From Alphaproteobacteria bacterium (GTDB lineage: Bacteria > Pseudomonadota > Alphaproteobacteria > SP197), in the NCBI GenBank assembly GCA_964291265.2, contig OZ219747.1, positions 352,001 through 416,000 of the forward strand: a stretch of 64,000 nt of DNA, written 5' to 3'. The notes beneath the pieces were generated by a model that saw only the letters and a program-made list of their open reading frames with translations, was not told the origin of the DNA and did not search any database. Positions 39,858 through 50,558 of this stretch are shown in pieces. The position numbers were made by a program, and so were the translations under genes. The stretch's first letter is position 1; each line of letters starts with the position of its first letter.

Positions 39858-41818
39858 CGACCCCGTTAAGCGGAGTTTTCGTCGTGCGCCGTTGTTGCCT
39901 CGCCGTCCTGGCGATCGCATTCGCCCTGATCGTCCCGGCGCAAGCCGACCCTCAGCCCCTGGGCGAGGCCGATATCGCGCATTACCGCTCCGCCTTCCAC
40001 CACGCCAGGAAAAACCAGTGGCGCGATGCAGGCATCTGGGCCTCCAGGGCGTCGGATCCGGTGCTGGTCGACGTCATCCGCTGGATGAGGCTGAAGGACG
40101 ACTGGCGGGCTCCCTTCGACGACATCCGGGCCTTCATGGAGACCCGTCCCGAATGGCCATTGCAGGACATGCTGCGCCGCAACGCCGAGGACGTCATGCC
40201 GCACACTCTCGAGAGCCCCGACGTCATCGCTTACTTCACGCGCTGGGCCCCCATGACGGACGGGGGCGTCCTGCGCCACGTCGAGGCTCTCCTCGATGCC
40301 GGCCGGGAGAGCGAGGCCCGCGCGGCGGTTCTCGATGCCTGGCAGCACCACACGTTCAGGGCAGCAGGTGAACGGGCGTTTCTGAAGCAATACGGCTCCT
40401 GGTTGACACCAGAACAGCACCGGGAGCGTGTCGACCGGCTGATCTGGCAGGGCATGACGGCTGCGGCGCGGCGCACTCTCTCCCGCCTGGAAGACGACGA
40501 CCTGGCCGCTCTCGGCGAGGCGCGCATACGCCTCAAGGGTCGGGAATGGGGCGTGGATGCCGCGATCGCCAGCGTTCCGGCGCATTTGCGTGACAACGAG
40601 GCGTTGATCTTCGAGCGAGTCGACTGGCGCCTCGCGAAGGGGCGCCACGACGCTGCACTGGAACTCGTGCTCGGCCTGCCGCACGACATCAGCCAACCGG
40701 ACCGGTGGGCCCTGCAGCGACTTCGCATTGCCTTGGAACTGATGGCCCGGGGTGACATGGCAGGAGCCTATGATGTCGTTGCCGATCACAGCCGCCGCCA
40801 TGGCGCCTTTCACCATCGCGCCGAGTGGCTGGCCGGTTGGATCGCGTTACGCCATCTCGATGACCCTGCCACCGCGCTGGAGCACTTCTCCTGGTTCCAG
40901 GACCAGGTGAGACAACCGATCAGCCTGGCCCGCGGAGCCTACTGGTGCGCCAGGGCCGCTGAAGCCGATGGCATGACGGCGCTGGCGAGCGACTGGTTCG
41001 ACCGGGCGGCAGAGTACCCGCAGACCTTCTACGGACAGCTTGCCGCCATGCGCCAGGGCACGGCGCTCTCCCTGCCGGCGCCGCCTGTCCTCGCCGGCAC
41101 GGCTGGCGATGACGAGCTGTTCCTCATCGTCCGCCGGCTGATGGAGGTGGGGGAACGGCGCCTGGCCGAGACCTTCCTCCAGCACATGGCGAGATCGGCC
41201 GAAGCCGCCGAGGACCTCGAGGCCATCGCCGCCAGCGCGCTCGACCTCAACCTGCCTCACGCGGCCGTCAGGGTGGCGAAGACGGCGGCCGCCAGGGGCG
41301 TGGTGATGCCGGCGGCCGGATTTCCCGTCATCGACCTTCCCGACACGGGGGGCGTCGATGCCGACCTGGTGCTGGCCGTCATCAACCGCGAGAGCGAATT
41401 CAATCGCCGCGCCATTTCGGGCAGCGCGGCCTATGGCCTGATGCAGCTCCGCCTCGCCACTGCCCGCGCGACAGCCGCACGGCTCGGTGTCGAGACGTCC
41501 CGTGACCTGCTTCTCGGGAACTCATGGCACAATGTCCGGCTGGGCGCCGCCTACCTCGGCCGGCTGATCGGCAACTACGGCGGCTCCCTTGTCCTGGCAC
41601 TGGCCGCCTACAACGGCGGGCCGGGAAACGTCGGTGCGTGGATCAGGCGATCGGGCCGCCCCGGCGACGGCGGAGTCGATGCCATTGACTGGATCGAGAG
41701 CATTCCCTTCCGCGAAACACGAAACTACGTTCAGCGCGTGATCGAGGCCATGCAGGTCTATCGCATGCTGAGAGGCGAGAAACCCCTCGATCTCTTCCCG
41801 GCGGCGGGACGTTCCTGA
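39854..41818 (+). CDS. soluble lytic murein transglycosylase
   Basis: Signal peptide; RESEF, GLMQL, AYNGG and IPFRETRNYV motifs; start uncertain. Confidence 0.9.
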   Translation: MTTPLSGVFVVRRCCLAVLAIAFALIVPAQADPQPLGEADIAHYRSAFHHARKNQWRDAGIWASRASDPVLVDVIRWMRLKDDWRAPFDDIRAFMETRPEWPLQDMLRRNAEDVMPHTLESPDVIAYFTRWAPMTDGGVLRHVEALLDAGRESEARAAVLDAWQHHTFRAAGERAFLKQYGSWLTPEQHRERVDRLIWQGMTAAARRTLSRLEDDDLAALGEARIRLKGREWGVDAAIASVPAHLRDNEALIFERVDWRLAKGRHDAALELVLGLPHDISQPDRWALQRLRIALELMARGDMAGAYDVVADHSRRHGAFHHRAEWLAGWIALRHLDDPATALEHFSWFQDQVRQPISLARGAYWCARAAEADGMTALASDWFDRAAEYPQTFYGQLAAMRQGTALSLPAPPVLAGTAGDDELFLIVRRLMEVGERRLAETFLQHMARSAEAAEDLEAIAASALDLNLPHAAVRVAKTAAARGVVMPAAGFPVIDLPDTGGVDADLVLAVINRESEFNRRAISGSAAYGLMQLRLATARATAARLGVETSRDLLLGNSWHNVRLGAAYLGRLIGNYGGSLVLALAAYNGGPGNVGAWIRRSGRPGDGGVDAIDWIESIPFRETRNYVQRVIEAMQVYRMLRGEKPLDLFPAAGRS

Positions 41819-41851
41819 CCATGACACCCAGCGAGCCCGAGGAGGCGGCCC

Positions 41852-42457
41852 ATGACTGAAGCACCGCTGAACATCATGGACGGAACGCCTCTCGACATGC
41901 TGGCAAGCCGCCGCTCGGTCCTCGCTGCCCGGCTGGCCGAGCCGGGCCCGGACGAGGAGGAACTGCAACGCATGCTGGAGGTGGCGGTGCGGGTTCCCGA
42001 TCACGGGCGCGTCACGCCGTGGCGCCTGCAGGTCCTCTCTCGGCAGGCGCAGAAGGAGCTGGGAGACGCCTTTGCCGAGGAGTTCGCCAGGCAGAACCCC
42101 GCCGTCCCGGAGGACCGCCTGCACCTCGAGTGGATTCGCCCGCAGCGCTCTCCTGTGCTCGTCATCGTCTCCAGCCGCATCGTGCCGGACCGCGACGGCG
42201 TTCCCCCCGTCGAGCAGTTGCTGTCGTGTGGCAATGTCTGCTTCAACCTGCTGCATGCGGCGACGGCACTGGGCTACGGCGCCCAGTGGGTCACCAACTG
42301 GCCGGCCTACAACGAACGCATCAAGGCCACACTCGGCATTCCCCCGGACGACCACCTGATCGGCTTCGTCCATATCGGCACCCCGAAGGGTCCTCCCCAG
42401 GAGCGCCAGCGCCCGGTGATCTCGCAGGTGGTCTGCCGCCTCGACAGCCTTCCCTGA
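41852..42457 (+). CDS. nitroreductase (YdjA-like)
   Basis: SRRS, RVPDHG..PWR, GYGAQWVT and GFVHIGT motifs. Confidence 0.9.
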   Translation: MTEAPLNIMDGTPLDMLASRRSVLAARLAEPGPDEEELQRMLEVAVRVPDHGRVTPWRLQVLSRQAQKELGDAFAEEFARQNPAVPEDRLHLEWIRPQRSPVLVIVSSRIVPDRDGVPPVEQLLSCGNVCFNLLHAATALGYGAQWVTNWPAYNERIKATLGIPPDDHLIGFVHIGTPKGPPQERQRPVISQVVCRLDSLP

Positions 42458-42467
42458 CGAGTCTCGA

Positions 42468-44024
42468 TCAAGCCCCGGCGACGGCCGAGGAGGGCGACGT
42501 CACGAAAGCTGCACCCTGCCTCATGCCGTCCAGGTCCTGCACGACATTGGGGCAGGCATAGGACGAAATCACCGAGGGCGGCAGTTCCACCGTCGGCCAG
42601 CGCCGGGCCAGCGCCATGCGGGCCTCCTGATCGAAGCGCGTATCCACGGTCACGAGGTCGCCGCCGCTGACATCGATCCGCGGCGCATGACACGCCTCCT
42701 CCAGTGTCATGCCGAAATCCACCAGCAGCGACACCAACTGGAAGATCGCCGGCAGGATGCGGCGGCCACCGGATGCTCCGAGCGCCACGTTGCCGGCCGA
42801 TGATCCCGTCACGATGGTGGGGCACATGTTCGAGAGCGGCTGTCGTCCGGGCGCCAGGGAGTTCGGACGGGCGGGCCTCGGATCAAACCACATCACGCCG
42901 TTGTTCATGAGGAGGCCCGTGCGGGGCAGCATGACGCGGCTGCCGAAGACGGAGAGCAGGGTCTGGGTGAGGGCGACCATGTTGCCCTTGCCATCGACCA
43001 CCGAAAGATGCGTCGTCGAACCCTTGCCCGTGTCCCAGCCCATGGTGGCAAGGCGGTGACGATAGGCGCCAAGGAGCGCGTCGGCCCAGGCCCCGCAAGA
43101 CAAGGCGCCGGGAGTGAATTCCCAGCGACTCCACGAGGCGGCGAGACGGGAGAGCGCGTCGATGAGCGTCGTTCCGGCATTGAGCCCCGGCGGCACGTTG
43201 ATCCCCGCGCCTCGATAGGCGGCAGCGAGCGCCGGCGCCACCGTCGCCTCGCAACGCCTGAGGTCCTCGAGGCCGACCCGTGATCCCGCTTCCTCGAGAT
43301 CGGCGACGAGGAGACGGGCAAGGTCGCCCTGATGGAAATCCTCCACCCCGGCAACGCTGAGCCGTTCCAGCGTGGCGACAAGGGCCTCATTCTGGAGAAT
43401 CGCGAGATCGCCTTGATCGACGCTCGCCGCCGGCACGCCTCCGGGCAGGAAGTGGTCGCGGCTCGTCTTGCAGGCCGCGAGGCCTCCCGCCTCGAGGGCG
43501 ATTCTCAAGGTGGTGTGCCAGTCGACCTTGAGACCTCTCTTCGCGAGACCGATGGCGGGGGAGAGGATCTCGGAAAGCGGCATGGTGCCGAAGCGTTCCA
43601 GCGCAGCGGCCATGCCGGCCGCCTGGGTCGGCACGGCGATGGAAAGCGGTCCCTGGACGTTGCGGTCGTCCAGCACCCGGGGCCAGCCGAAGAGATCGTC
43701 GTCCGCGCCACCCTCCTCTTCGAGGGGATAGTCAGCGGGATCGAGGGCAAGGGAAGCCCGGGTATGAAAATCGACCGCGTGACAGTCGCCATTCTCGGCG
43801 TCGAGCACCATCATGTAACCGCAGCCACCGAGCCCGCTCATCCACGGCTCGACCACGCCCAGCGCGAAGCTCGTCGCCACCGCGGCATCGACCGCATTGC
43901 CTCCGGCTCTGAGGACCTCCGCGCCGACGGCCGATGCCTCGTAGTGCTGGCTGGCGACCACGCCCTCCCGGCTGGAGACGGCCGGTTTGGTGATGCGCCA
44001 GGTTTCCTTGAGTGTCCACGTCAT
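42468..44024 (-). CDS. ggt: gamma-glutamyltransferase family protein
   Basis: GGNAVDAA, EPWMSGLGG, nucleophile STTHLSVVD, NNGVMWFDP and GASGG motifs. Confidence 0.9.
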   Translation of the reverse strand: MTWTLKETWRITKPAVSSREGVVASQHYEASAVGAEVLRAGGNAVDAAVATSFALGVVEPWMSGLGGCGYMMVLDAENGDCHAVDFHTRASLALDPADYPLEEEGGADDDLFGWPRVLDDRNVQGPLSIAVPTQAAGMAAALERFGTMPLSEILSPAIGLAKRGLKVDWHTTLRIALEAGGLAACKTSRDHFLPGGVPAASVDQGDLAILQNEALVATLERLSVAGVEDFHQGDLARLLVADLEEAGSRVGLEDLRRCEATVAPALAAAYRGAGINVPPGLNAGTTLIDALSRLAASWSRWEFTPGALSCGAWADALLGAYRHRLATMGWDTGKGSTTHLSVVDGKGNMVALTQTLLSVFGSRVMLPRTGLLMNNGVMWFDPRPARPNSLAPGRQPLSNMCPTIVTGSSAGNVALGASGGRRILPAIFQLVSLLVDFGMTLEEACHAPRIDVSGGDLVTVDTRFDQEARMALARRWPTVELPPSVISSYACPNVVQDLDGMRQGAAFVTSPSSAVAGA

Positions 44025-44111
44025 GGTTGCCAAGGCTCCGCTCGGATGAATGGTGGATGCAGAATAGGTCGGGTATCGTCAAGGCGTCATCTTCCGTGAC
44101 GGGAGTCTCCG

Positions 44112-45404
44112 ATGAGTCTTTTCTCCAGCACGTTCAAGGCGGCCCCCTACTGGTGGGAGGACGCACCGCCCACACGTCACGACACACAACAACTTCCGCC
44201 GGATATCGACGTGGCAATCGTCGGCAGCGGCTACACCGGTCTCAGCGCCGCCATCGTCCTGGCGCGGGCCGGGCGCAGCGTCATCCTCCTCGAGGCCGAG
44301 GAGACCGCCTCGGGGTGCAGTTCACGCAACGGCGGCCAGATCAGCCCCGGCGTCAAGCCTGGCGTCGGCGAACTCGAACGGCGTTACGGGCGCAAGGCGG
44401 CTCACGCCATCCTCCACGAGGGCCATGCCAGTCTCGACTTCATGGCCGATTTCGTCAAGGCGGAAGGGATCGACTGCGACTACCGGCACTGCGGCCGCTT
44501 CATCGGTGTCCACCGTCGCGGCCGCTACGACGCCCTGGCCGCCCATATCAAGGAGTCGTCCAGCGTCGTCCCCTTCGAATGGCACATGGTTCCGGCTGCC
44601 GAGACGGCAGACGAGCTCGGCACCGAGGCCTATCACGGCGGCGCCGTCATGCCGGCTCACGCCAGCCTCCATCCGGCCCGCTACGCCGCAGGCCTCGCCA
44701 GCCGCGCAACGCAGGCAGGCGCCGTCATCGCCACCAACACACGGGTGGACGGCATCGCAACGGACGGCAGTCGCGTTGCGGTCCGCACCACTCGCGGCAC
44801 GATCCGGGCCCGGGACGTCATCATCGCCACCAACGGCTACACGGGCGCCGCCACACCCGGACTGAGGCGGCGCGTCATTCCCATCGGCAGCTACGTCATC
44901 GCCACCGAGCCGCTGGATCCCGTCGTCATGCAGCACATCATGCCGAAGAAGCGGGTGATCTCGGATACCCGCAAGGTGGTCTACTACTACCGGCCGTCAC
45001 CCGATCACACGAGGGTGGTGTTCGGCGGCCGCGTGGCCCTGGGCGAAACCGACCCGAAGGTGAGTGCGCCGCGTCTCCACAGTGTCATGACAGGCCTCTT
45101 CCCGGAGCTCGGGCAAACCCGGATCTCGCACAGCTGGATGGGCTTCGTTGCCTACACCTTCGATGAAATCCCGCACATCGGCACCCACGACGGCGTCTGG
45201 TTCGCGACCGGCTACTGCGGGTCCGGCGTGGCCTGGGCGAGCTATCTCGGCCACCGCCTGGGCCACAGGATTCTCGGCAACGCCGAGGGCAGGACGGTCT
45301 TCGACGACATGGCCTTTCCGACCCGTCCTCTCTATACGGGGAGACCCTGGTTCCTCGGTCCTGCCCTGGCCTGGCACAAGACGATGGACCGCTGGGGCCC
45401 CTGA
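44112..45404 (+). CDS. FAD-dependent oxidoreductase (DadA/PuuB-like)
   Basis: VGSGYTGLSAA, SSRNGG, ATNGY and GYCGSGV motifs. Confidence 0.88.
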   Translation: MSLFSSTFKAAPYWWEDAPPTRHDTQQLPPDIDVAIVGSGYTGLSAAIVLARAGRSVILLEAEETASGCSSRNGGQISPGVKPGVGELERRYGRKAAHAILHEGHASLDFMADFVKAEGIDCDYRHCGRFIGVHRRGRYDALAAHIKESSSVVPFEWHMVPAAETADELGTEAYHGGAVMPAHASLHPARYAAGLASRATQAGAVIATNTRVDGIATDGSRVAVRTTRGTIRARDVIIATNGYTGAATPGLRRRVIPIGSYVIATEPLDPVVMQHIMPKKRVISDTRKVVYYYRPSPDHTRVVFGGRVALGETDPKVSAPRLHSVMTGLFPELGQTRISHSWMGFVAYTFDEIPHIGTHDGVWFATGYCGSGVAWASYLGHRLGHRILGNAEGRTVFDDMAFPTRPLYTGRPWFLGPALAWHKTMDRWGP

Positions 45405-45446
45405 CGCAGTGGAAAGCCGCCCGCCGACCGGATAGGGTCCGCTCCC

Positions 45447-48400
45447 ATGTACTTCGACCCTCGTCTGTGGACGTTCACCGAAGGGGTGCGCGGCCGCATG
45501 GTGTTCTCCGTCATCGTCGGCCTCGTCGCGGCCTGCGTCGGCGTGGCCCGGCTTGCCCTCCTTGGCTGGCTCATCGCCCTGGTGTTCGCGGGCCGTCCCT
45601 TCGCCGACCTCGTCGCGCCGTTGGCCATCGTCGGCGGCGTGATGGTGGCCCGCGGCCTGCTCGAATACGTGCGCGTCATGGTTGCTCACGAGACGGCGGC
45701 CCGGGTCCAGATCGCCATCCGCAAGAGGATCTACGACAAGGCCGTGATCCTGGGCCCCGCCTGGTTCGGCCAGCAGCGCACCGGGGACGTGGTGCTCTCG
45801 GTGGTCGACGGCGTGGAACAGCTCGAGACCTATTTCGGCGAGTTCCTTCCCACCTTGCTCATCGCCATCGTCACGCCGATCGCCATCTTCACCTTCGTCG
45901 CCTTTCTCGACCTGCCCGTGGCCGCCGTCCTCGTTGCCGGCGCCGTCCTCGCCCTCGTCCTGCCGATGGCCTTCCACCGCCTCGACTACCAGGCGAGCAT
46001 CAACCGCTCCCGGGCCTACGGCGAATTCGGCGCCGAGTTCCTTGATGCCGTGCAGGGCCTCGCCACGCTCAAGGCCTTCGGCCAGAGCACGACACGGGCC
46101 ATCGCCCTGGCGGCAAAGGCGAAGGCCCTCGCCTTCGGCACCTTGTGGGTGACGGCCGTCAATTCCCTCGGCCGCGGCATCACCGATGCCTCGATCGCCA
46201 TCGCCGCGGCAGCAGCGCTCGGCTACGGCGCCTGGCGCGTCGAGGCCGGGCTCATGGAGCTTTCCACCCTCCTCATCGTGCTGATGATGGGCGTCGAGCT
46301 CTTCCGCCCCTTGCGCGACATGCGCACCCAGCTCCACACCGGCATGCTCGGCCAGTCGGCGACCGAGGCCATCTTCCGCATCCTCAACGCCGGCCCTCTC
46401 GTCAGCGAACCCGCCAACCCCGAACCGGCATCGACGCAAGACACCGCCGAAGGTCTCGCCTTCGAGGACGTCACGTTCACCTACCCGGGCGAGGCCGACA
46501 CCACCCACCGCGATCTCTCCTTTTCCCTCAGGAAGGGAGAGAGCGTCGGCGTTGTCGGGCCGTCAGGCGCCGGCAAGTCGTCGATCGAGCGCCTGCTGCT
46601 GCGGTTCTGGGACCCGGAACAGGGCTCCATCACGATCGGCGGCCGCGACATCCGGACCATGACGACAGACGATCTCCGCCGGCAGATCGCGGTCGTCAAC
46701 CAGGACACCTACCTCTTTCACGGCACCGTCGAGGACAACCTGAAGTTCGGCAAGCCCGACGCGACCGCAGACGAGATGGAGGAGGCCTGCCGTCTTGCCA
46801 ATGCCCACGACTTCATCTCCGCCCTGCCGTCCGGCTATCGGACCGTGGTCGGGGAACGGGGTATCAGACTCTCCGGCGGCCAGCGCCAGAGAATCGCCAT
46901 CGCCCGCGCGGTGCTGCGCGATGCGCCCATCCTCGTCCTCGACGAGGCGCTCTCGGCGGTCGATGCCGAAAACGAGGCGATCATCCAGCAGGCGCTCTTC
47001 CGCCTGATGCGGGACCGCACGACACTCATCCTCGCCCATCGCCTGTCGAGCGTCATCCGAGCCGACAGGATCCTCGTCCTCGACCAAGGCAGGATTGTCG
47101 AAGAGGGGCCCCACGATGATCTGATGGAGCATCGCGGCGTCTACTGGACGCTCATGCACGAACAGGCTTCCGCACCGACGGCGAGGCACGGCGGCTTCAT
47201 CGCGGCGGGCGACGGGGCGTCCGCCGACAGGGACCGTGAGCTTGCGGCCCGGGCTGACGCCGAGGCCGAACCGACACACGGAATCCTGCGCGCCGAGGGC
47301 CTGGGCTGGGCAGGAGCGGCGGAAGTGCTTCTCTCCTTCGTCGGCGGCGAGCGCCTGCGGCTTCTCCTCACCTTCATCTTTGGCGTGAGCCGGGTCGTCA
47401 GTTTCATCGGCGTGGGCGTGCTCTCCGCCCTCGTGGTGGCGCGCATCGCCAACGGGGAGCCCTGGACAGGCCTCCTGATCTGGCTTGCCATCACCGCACC
47501 GCTCTCCGGGATCCTGCACTGGCTCGAATCGTGGTTCGCCCACGACATGGCGTTTCGCCTTCTGGCACGCATGCGGATCAGGCTCTTCGACAAGATCGAC
47601 AGCCTGGCGCCAGCCTACCTCCTGCGCAGGCGCACCGGCGATCTCTCGGCCATGGCGACGCAGGACATCGAGACCATCGAATCCTTCTACGCCCACACCG
47701 TGGCCCCGGCCTTCGTGGCGATGCTGACGCCGGCCATCGTGATCGGTGTCCTGGTGTGGTTCGGCTGGCCCATGGCGGTGGCCCTCGTTCCCTTCCTTGC
47801 CATCGTCGCGCTCTCTCCGGTCATGCTGCGCGGCCGCCTCGACCGGCTGGGTTCACAGGCCCGCGAGGCACTGGGCGAGCTCAATGCCTTCACCGCCGAT
47901 TCGATCCAGGGACTGGGCGAGATTCTGGCCTTCCGGCAGGTCCGCGAGCGCCGTCGCCTCTTCGTTGCCATCGCCCGGACGGTCTACCGTGCGCGTCTGC
48001 CCTTCTTCCGCGACCTCACGGTCCAGATGGCCATCCTCGAGGTGGCGACGGGCCTCGGCGGCCTTGCGATCATCGTCACCGGCGCGGCGATGGTGACCTC
48101 GGGCACGCTCGATGCGAGTCTCCTCCCCTTCTTCACCCTGCTCGCCATGGCGTCCTTCCTGCCGGTGAGCGAGATCGCCCACATCGGCCGTCAGCTTTCC
48201 GATACCCTCGGGGCGGCGCGACGCCTCCACGCGGTCGACCGCGAACCCGTGACCGTCGTCGATGGTCCGGGCGTCGACGCCACACGCACCAGCGGCGGTG
48301 CGGCGATCACCCTGGAGCACGTGTCCTACACCTATCCGGGCCGCATCGAGCCCGCCGTCTCGGACATCGACCTCGCGATTCCGGCAGGCTCCACGGTGGC

Positions 48401-49040
48401 ACTCGTCGGCCCCAGCGGCGCCGGCAAGACGACCATGGCCCACCTCCTGATGCGGTTCTGGGACTGTGACGAGGGGCGCATCACCCTCGACGGCAACGAC
48501 ATCAGGGACTACCGGCTCGATGACCTGAGATCCCGTACGGCCCTGGTGGCCCAGGACACCTTCCTCTTCAACGACACCCTGAAGGCCAACATCCTGATCG
48601 CCCGCCCCGACGCCAGCGACGATGACCTCGCGCAAGCCATCGCCCACGCCTCCCTTGAGGATGTCGCGGCGAGCTTGAGAGACGGCATCGACACCCGTCT
48701 CGGAGAGCGCGGCGCCCGGCTTTCCGGCGGCCAGCGCCAGCGTGTCGCCATTGCCCGCGCTTTCCTCAAGGACGCGCCGATCCTCATTCTGGACGAGGCG
48801 ACGAGCCATCTCGATGCCGTCAACGAGATGGCAGTCCGCCGCGCCCTCAGCAGGCTCATGACCGACCGCACGACACTCGTCATCGCCCACCGCCTCTCCA
48901 CCATCCGCAGCGCCGACATCATCGTCGCCATGGAGAACGGGCGCATCGTCGAGCAGGGAAGCCACGACGAGCTCGCTTCCGGTGACGGCCTCTACTCCCG
49001 CCTCGTCCGCCACCAGATGGCCGCCGCCCGCGCCGCCTGA
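45447..49040 (+). CDS. single-chain TMD-NBD-TMD-NBD ABC exporter (CydDC-like fusion)
   Basis: Two GPSGAGK Walker A motifs, two LSGGQRQR signatures, two hydrophobic domains; 1197 aa. Confidence 0.88.
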   Translation: MYFDPRLWTFTEGVRGRMVFSVIVGLVAACVGVARLALLGWLIALVFAGRPFADLVAPLAIVGGVMVARGLLEYVRVMVAHETAARVQIAIRKRIYDKAVILGPAWFGQQRTGDVVLSVVDGVEQLETYFGEFLPTLLIAIVTPIAIFTFVAFLDLPVAAVLVAGAVLALVLPMAFHRLDYQASINRSRAYGEFGAEFLDAVQGLATLKAFGQSTTRAIALAAKAKALAFGTLWVTAVNSLGRGITDASIAIAAAAALGYGAWRVEAGLMELSTLLIVLMMGVELFRPLRDMRTQLHTGMLGQSATEAIFRILNAGPLVSEPANPEPASTQDTAEGLAFEDVTFTYPGEADTTHRDLSFSLRKGESVGVVGPSGAGKSSIERLLLRFWDPEQGSITIGGRDIRTMTTDDLRRQIAVVNQDTYLFHGTVEDNLKFGKPDATADEMEEACRLANAHDFISALPSGYRTVVGERGIRLSGGQRQRIAIARAVLRDAPILVLDEALSAVDAENEAIIQQALFRLMRDRTTLILAHRLSSVIRADRILVLDQGRIVEEGPHDDLMEHRGVYWTLMHEQASAPTARHGGFIAAGDGASADRDRELAARADAEAEPTHGILRAEGLGWAGAAEVLLSFVGGERLRLLLTFIFGVSRVVSFIGVGVLSALVVARIANGEPWTGLLIWLAITAPLSGILHWLESWFAHDMAFRLLARMRIRLFDKIDSLAPAYLLRRRTGDLSAMATQDIETIESFYAHTVAPAFVAMLTPAIVIGVLVWFGWPMAVALVPFLAIVALSPVMLRGRLDRLGSQAREALGELNAFTADSIQGLGEILAFRQVRERRRLFVAIARTVYRARLPFFRDLTVQMAILEVATGLGGLAIIVTGAAMVTSGTLDASLLPFFTLLAMASFLPVSEIAHIGRQLSDTLGAARRLHAVDREPVTVVDGPGVDATRTSGGAAITLEHVSYTYPGRIEPAVSDIDLAIPAGSTVALVGPSGAGKTTMAHLLMRFWDCDEGRITLDGNDIRDYRLDDLRSRTALVAQDTFLFNDTLKANILIARPDASDDDLAQAIAHASLEDVAASLRDGIDTRLGERGARLSGGQRQRVAIARAFLKDAPILILDEATSHLDAVNEMAVRRALSRLMTDRTTLVIAHRLSTIRSADIIVAMENGRIVEQGSHDELASGDGLYSRLVRHQMAAARAA

Positions 49041-49449
49041 CGCCAGGGGACGCACCTGCGGCGCCGAACAACCGAGCGAACGCAAACGCTTACCTGCCAC
49101 TGCAGGCGATCTCGCGAGCGGAAGCGGCCATTCCCGCAACGCGCTTTCGAGGGAGACCCCATGGCTGCAGCACATCTGAACAAGGGCCGCAACAGCTCGT
49201 CGTCCTCGCAGGACTGATCCGGGACATCCGTGACGCCCACCGCAGGGGGGTACGGCATCCGCATCCACCCATCGGGATGCTGGCGCCACGTCATCCAACA
49301 CCCGGCATGATGGACAGAGGATCTCGATCAGTCGTCGAGATCGAGTTCCGTCGACGCAAACGCTTAACGCTCATCCGGGTCTCGGCGCGGAAGTCGAGGA
49401 GGTTCCGCGCCTCGCGCCCCCAGGCCGTCCTGGCCTTCAACGCACGCGC

Positions 49450-49585
49450 CCGGTCCCCCTGGCGGCGCCGGTAAAGCTCCTGACGGCGACGGCCCGTCTT
49501 ACGGCCGTTCGGCGTGCTCTGGTAGCGACGACGCGACGCGCGGCGCCGCTCGATCCGGGACGGCTCCCTGCACTCATCGGAGCAA
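49450..49585 (-). pseudogene. possible remnant of a small IS-associated Cys/Arg-rich protein
   Basis: HCSDECREPSRIERRRASRRRYQSTPNGR...RQELYRRRQ; isolated GTAAGCG IS66-type end at 49093(-). Confidence 0.3.
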
Positions 49586-49881
49586 TGCTCACCATCCTGC
49601 GCCTGGCCAGCGGCCGCAGACACATCCTGGCTCCGGACGCCGCCCGCGTCCAGGGACGTTGGGGTCAACTGCCGCCGAACGAGACCTATGATCCCGACGC
49701 CGTTGAGCCGATCGGCGAGCCGAGCTGGGTGCTCGATCTGGACATGTTCACGTCGGAGCCGCGACCCTTTGCGAGTGAAGAGTTGCTGACAACCGCCACC
49801 GGATTCACCACATGTCTTTATTACTTCTTCCACCAGATGGTCACGGACGAGTTCCTGAGATTCTACGGAGGTGATTTATGA
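49585..49881 (+). pseudogene. TIGR04255-like protein, C-terminal part only
   Basis: RWGQLPPNETYDP...SWVLDLDMF...FFHQMVTDEFLRFYG; 5' end apparently lost; ATGA overlap with the next gene. Confidence 0.5.
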
Positions 49882-50552
49882 CAACTGCGCCAGCACTCCG
49901 AGACACGCCGGCCACGCACACGTCCGCGGTCGGCTCCATGCATCGCCCCGGCCTTGATGCCGCTTCCGCGGCCTTGCCCGTTGTCACTGGTCTGTCAGGA
50001 TCGGCGACCGCGAGCACTTACGACGTTCCCCGATTCGTCGAGCGGACGGCCGCCAGCCCCGCTGGTCAGATCGACCACGTGGCCGCGGAGTCCATGGCCG
50101 AGGCAGTCCTGGACATCCGCCGCCGATCCGGCCTTACTTGGGAGGAGCTGAGCGACCTGTTCGATGTCTCGCGCCGGAGCGTCCACCATTGGGCCAGCGG
50201 CAAGGCCGTTTCCGCCGGGCACGACCAGGCGATTCGTCGGATGCTGGACGCCATCCGCCGCCTTGACCAGGGCAACCAGGCCGGCACCCGCGCCCAACTC
50301 TTGGCCGTGGACGCCGCCACGGGCGCTTCCGCCCTCGACCACCTCAAGGAGGGCCACTTCGACGAGGCCAGGGCGCGCGCCGCGGGCATCCGGCCGCCCG
50401 GACCCCTCAGCGTCCCGCTGTCTCGGGAGGCCCGGGACGCGCACCGGCCGCAAGCGCCGACGTTTCTCCTGGAGGCCGAACAAGAGCACCCCGGGGTTCC
50501 GGCCAGGGCGCGAACCGCCCGCGCGAAGCGGGCGCCCAAGAAGAGTGGATGA
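49878..50552 (+). CDS. XRE-type helix-turn-helix protein
   Basis: IRRRSGLTWEELSDLFDVSRRSVHHWASG. Confidence 0.8.
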   Translation: MTTAPALRDTPATHTSAVGSMHRPGLDAASAALPVVTGLSGSATASTYDVPRFVERTAASPAGQIDHVAAESMAEAVLDIRRRSGLTWEELSDLFDVSRRSVHHWASGKAVSAGHDQAIRRMLDAIRRLDQGNQAGTRAQLLAVDAATGASALDHLKEGHFDEARARAAGIRPPGPLSVPLSREARDAHRPQAPTFLLEAEQEHPGVPARARTARAKRAPKKSG

Positions 50553-50558
50553 TGCTTC

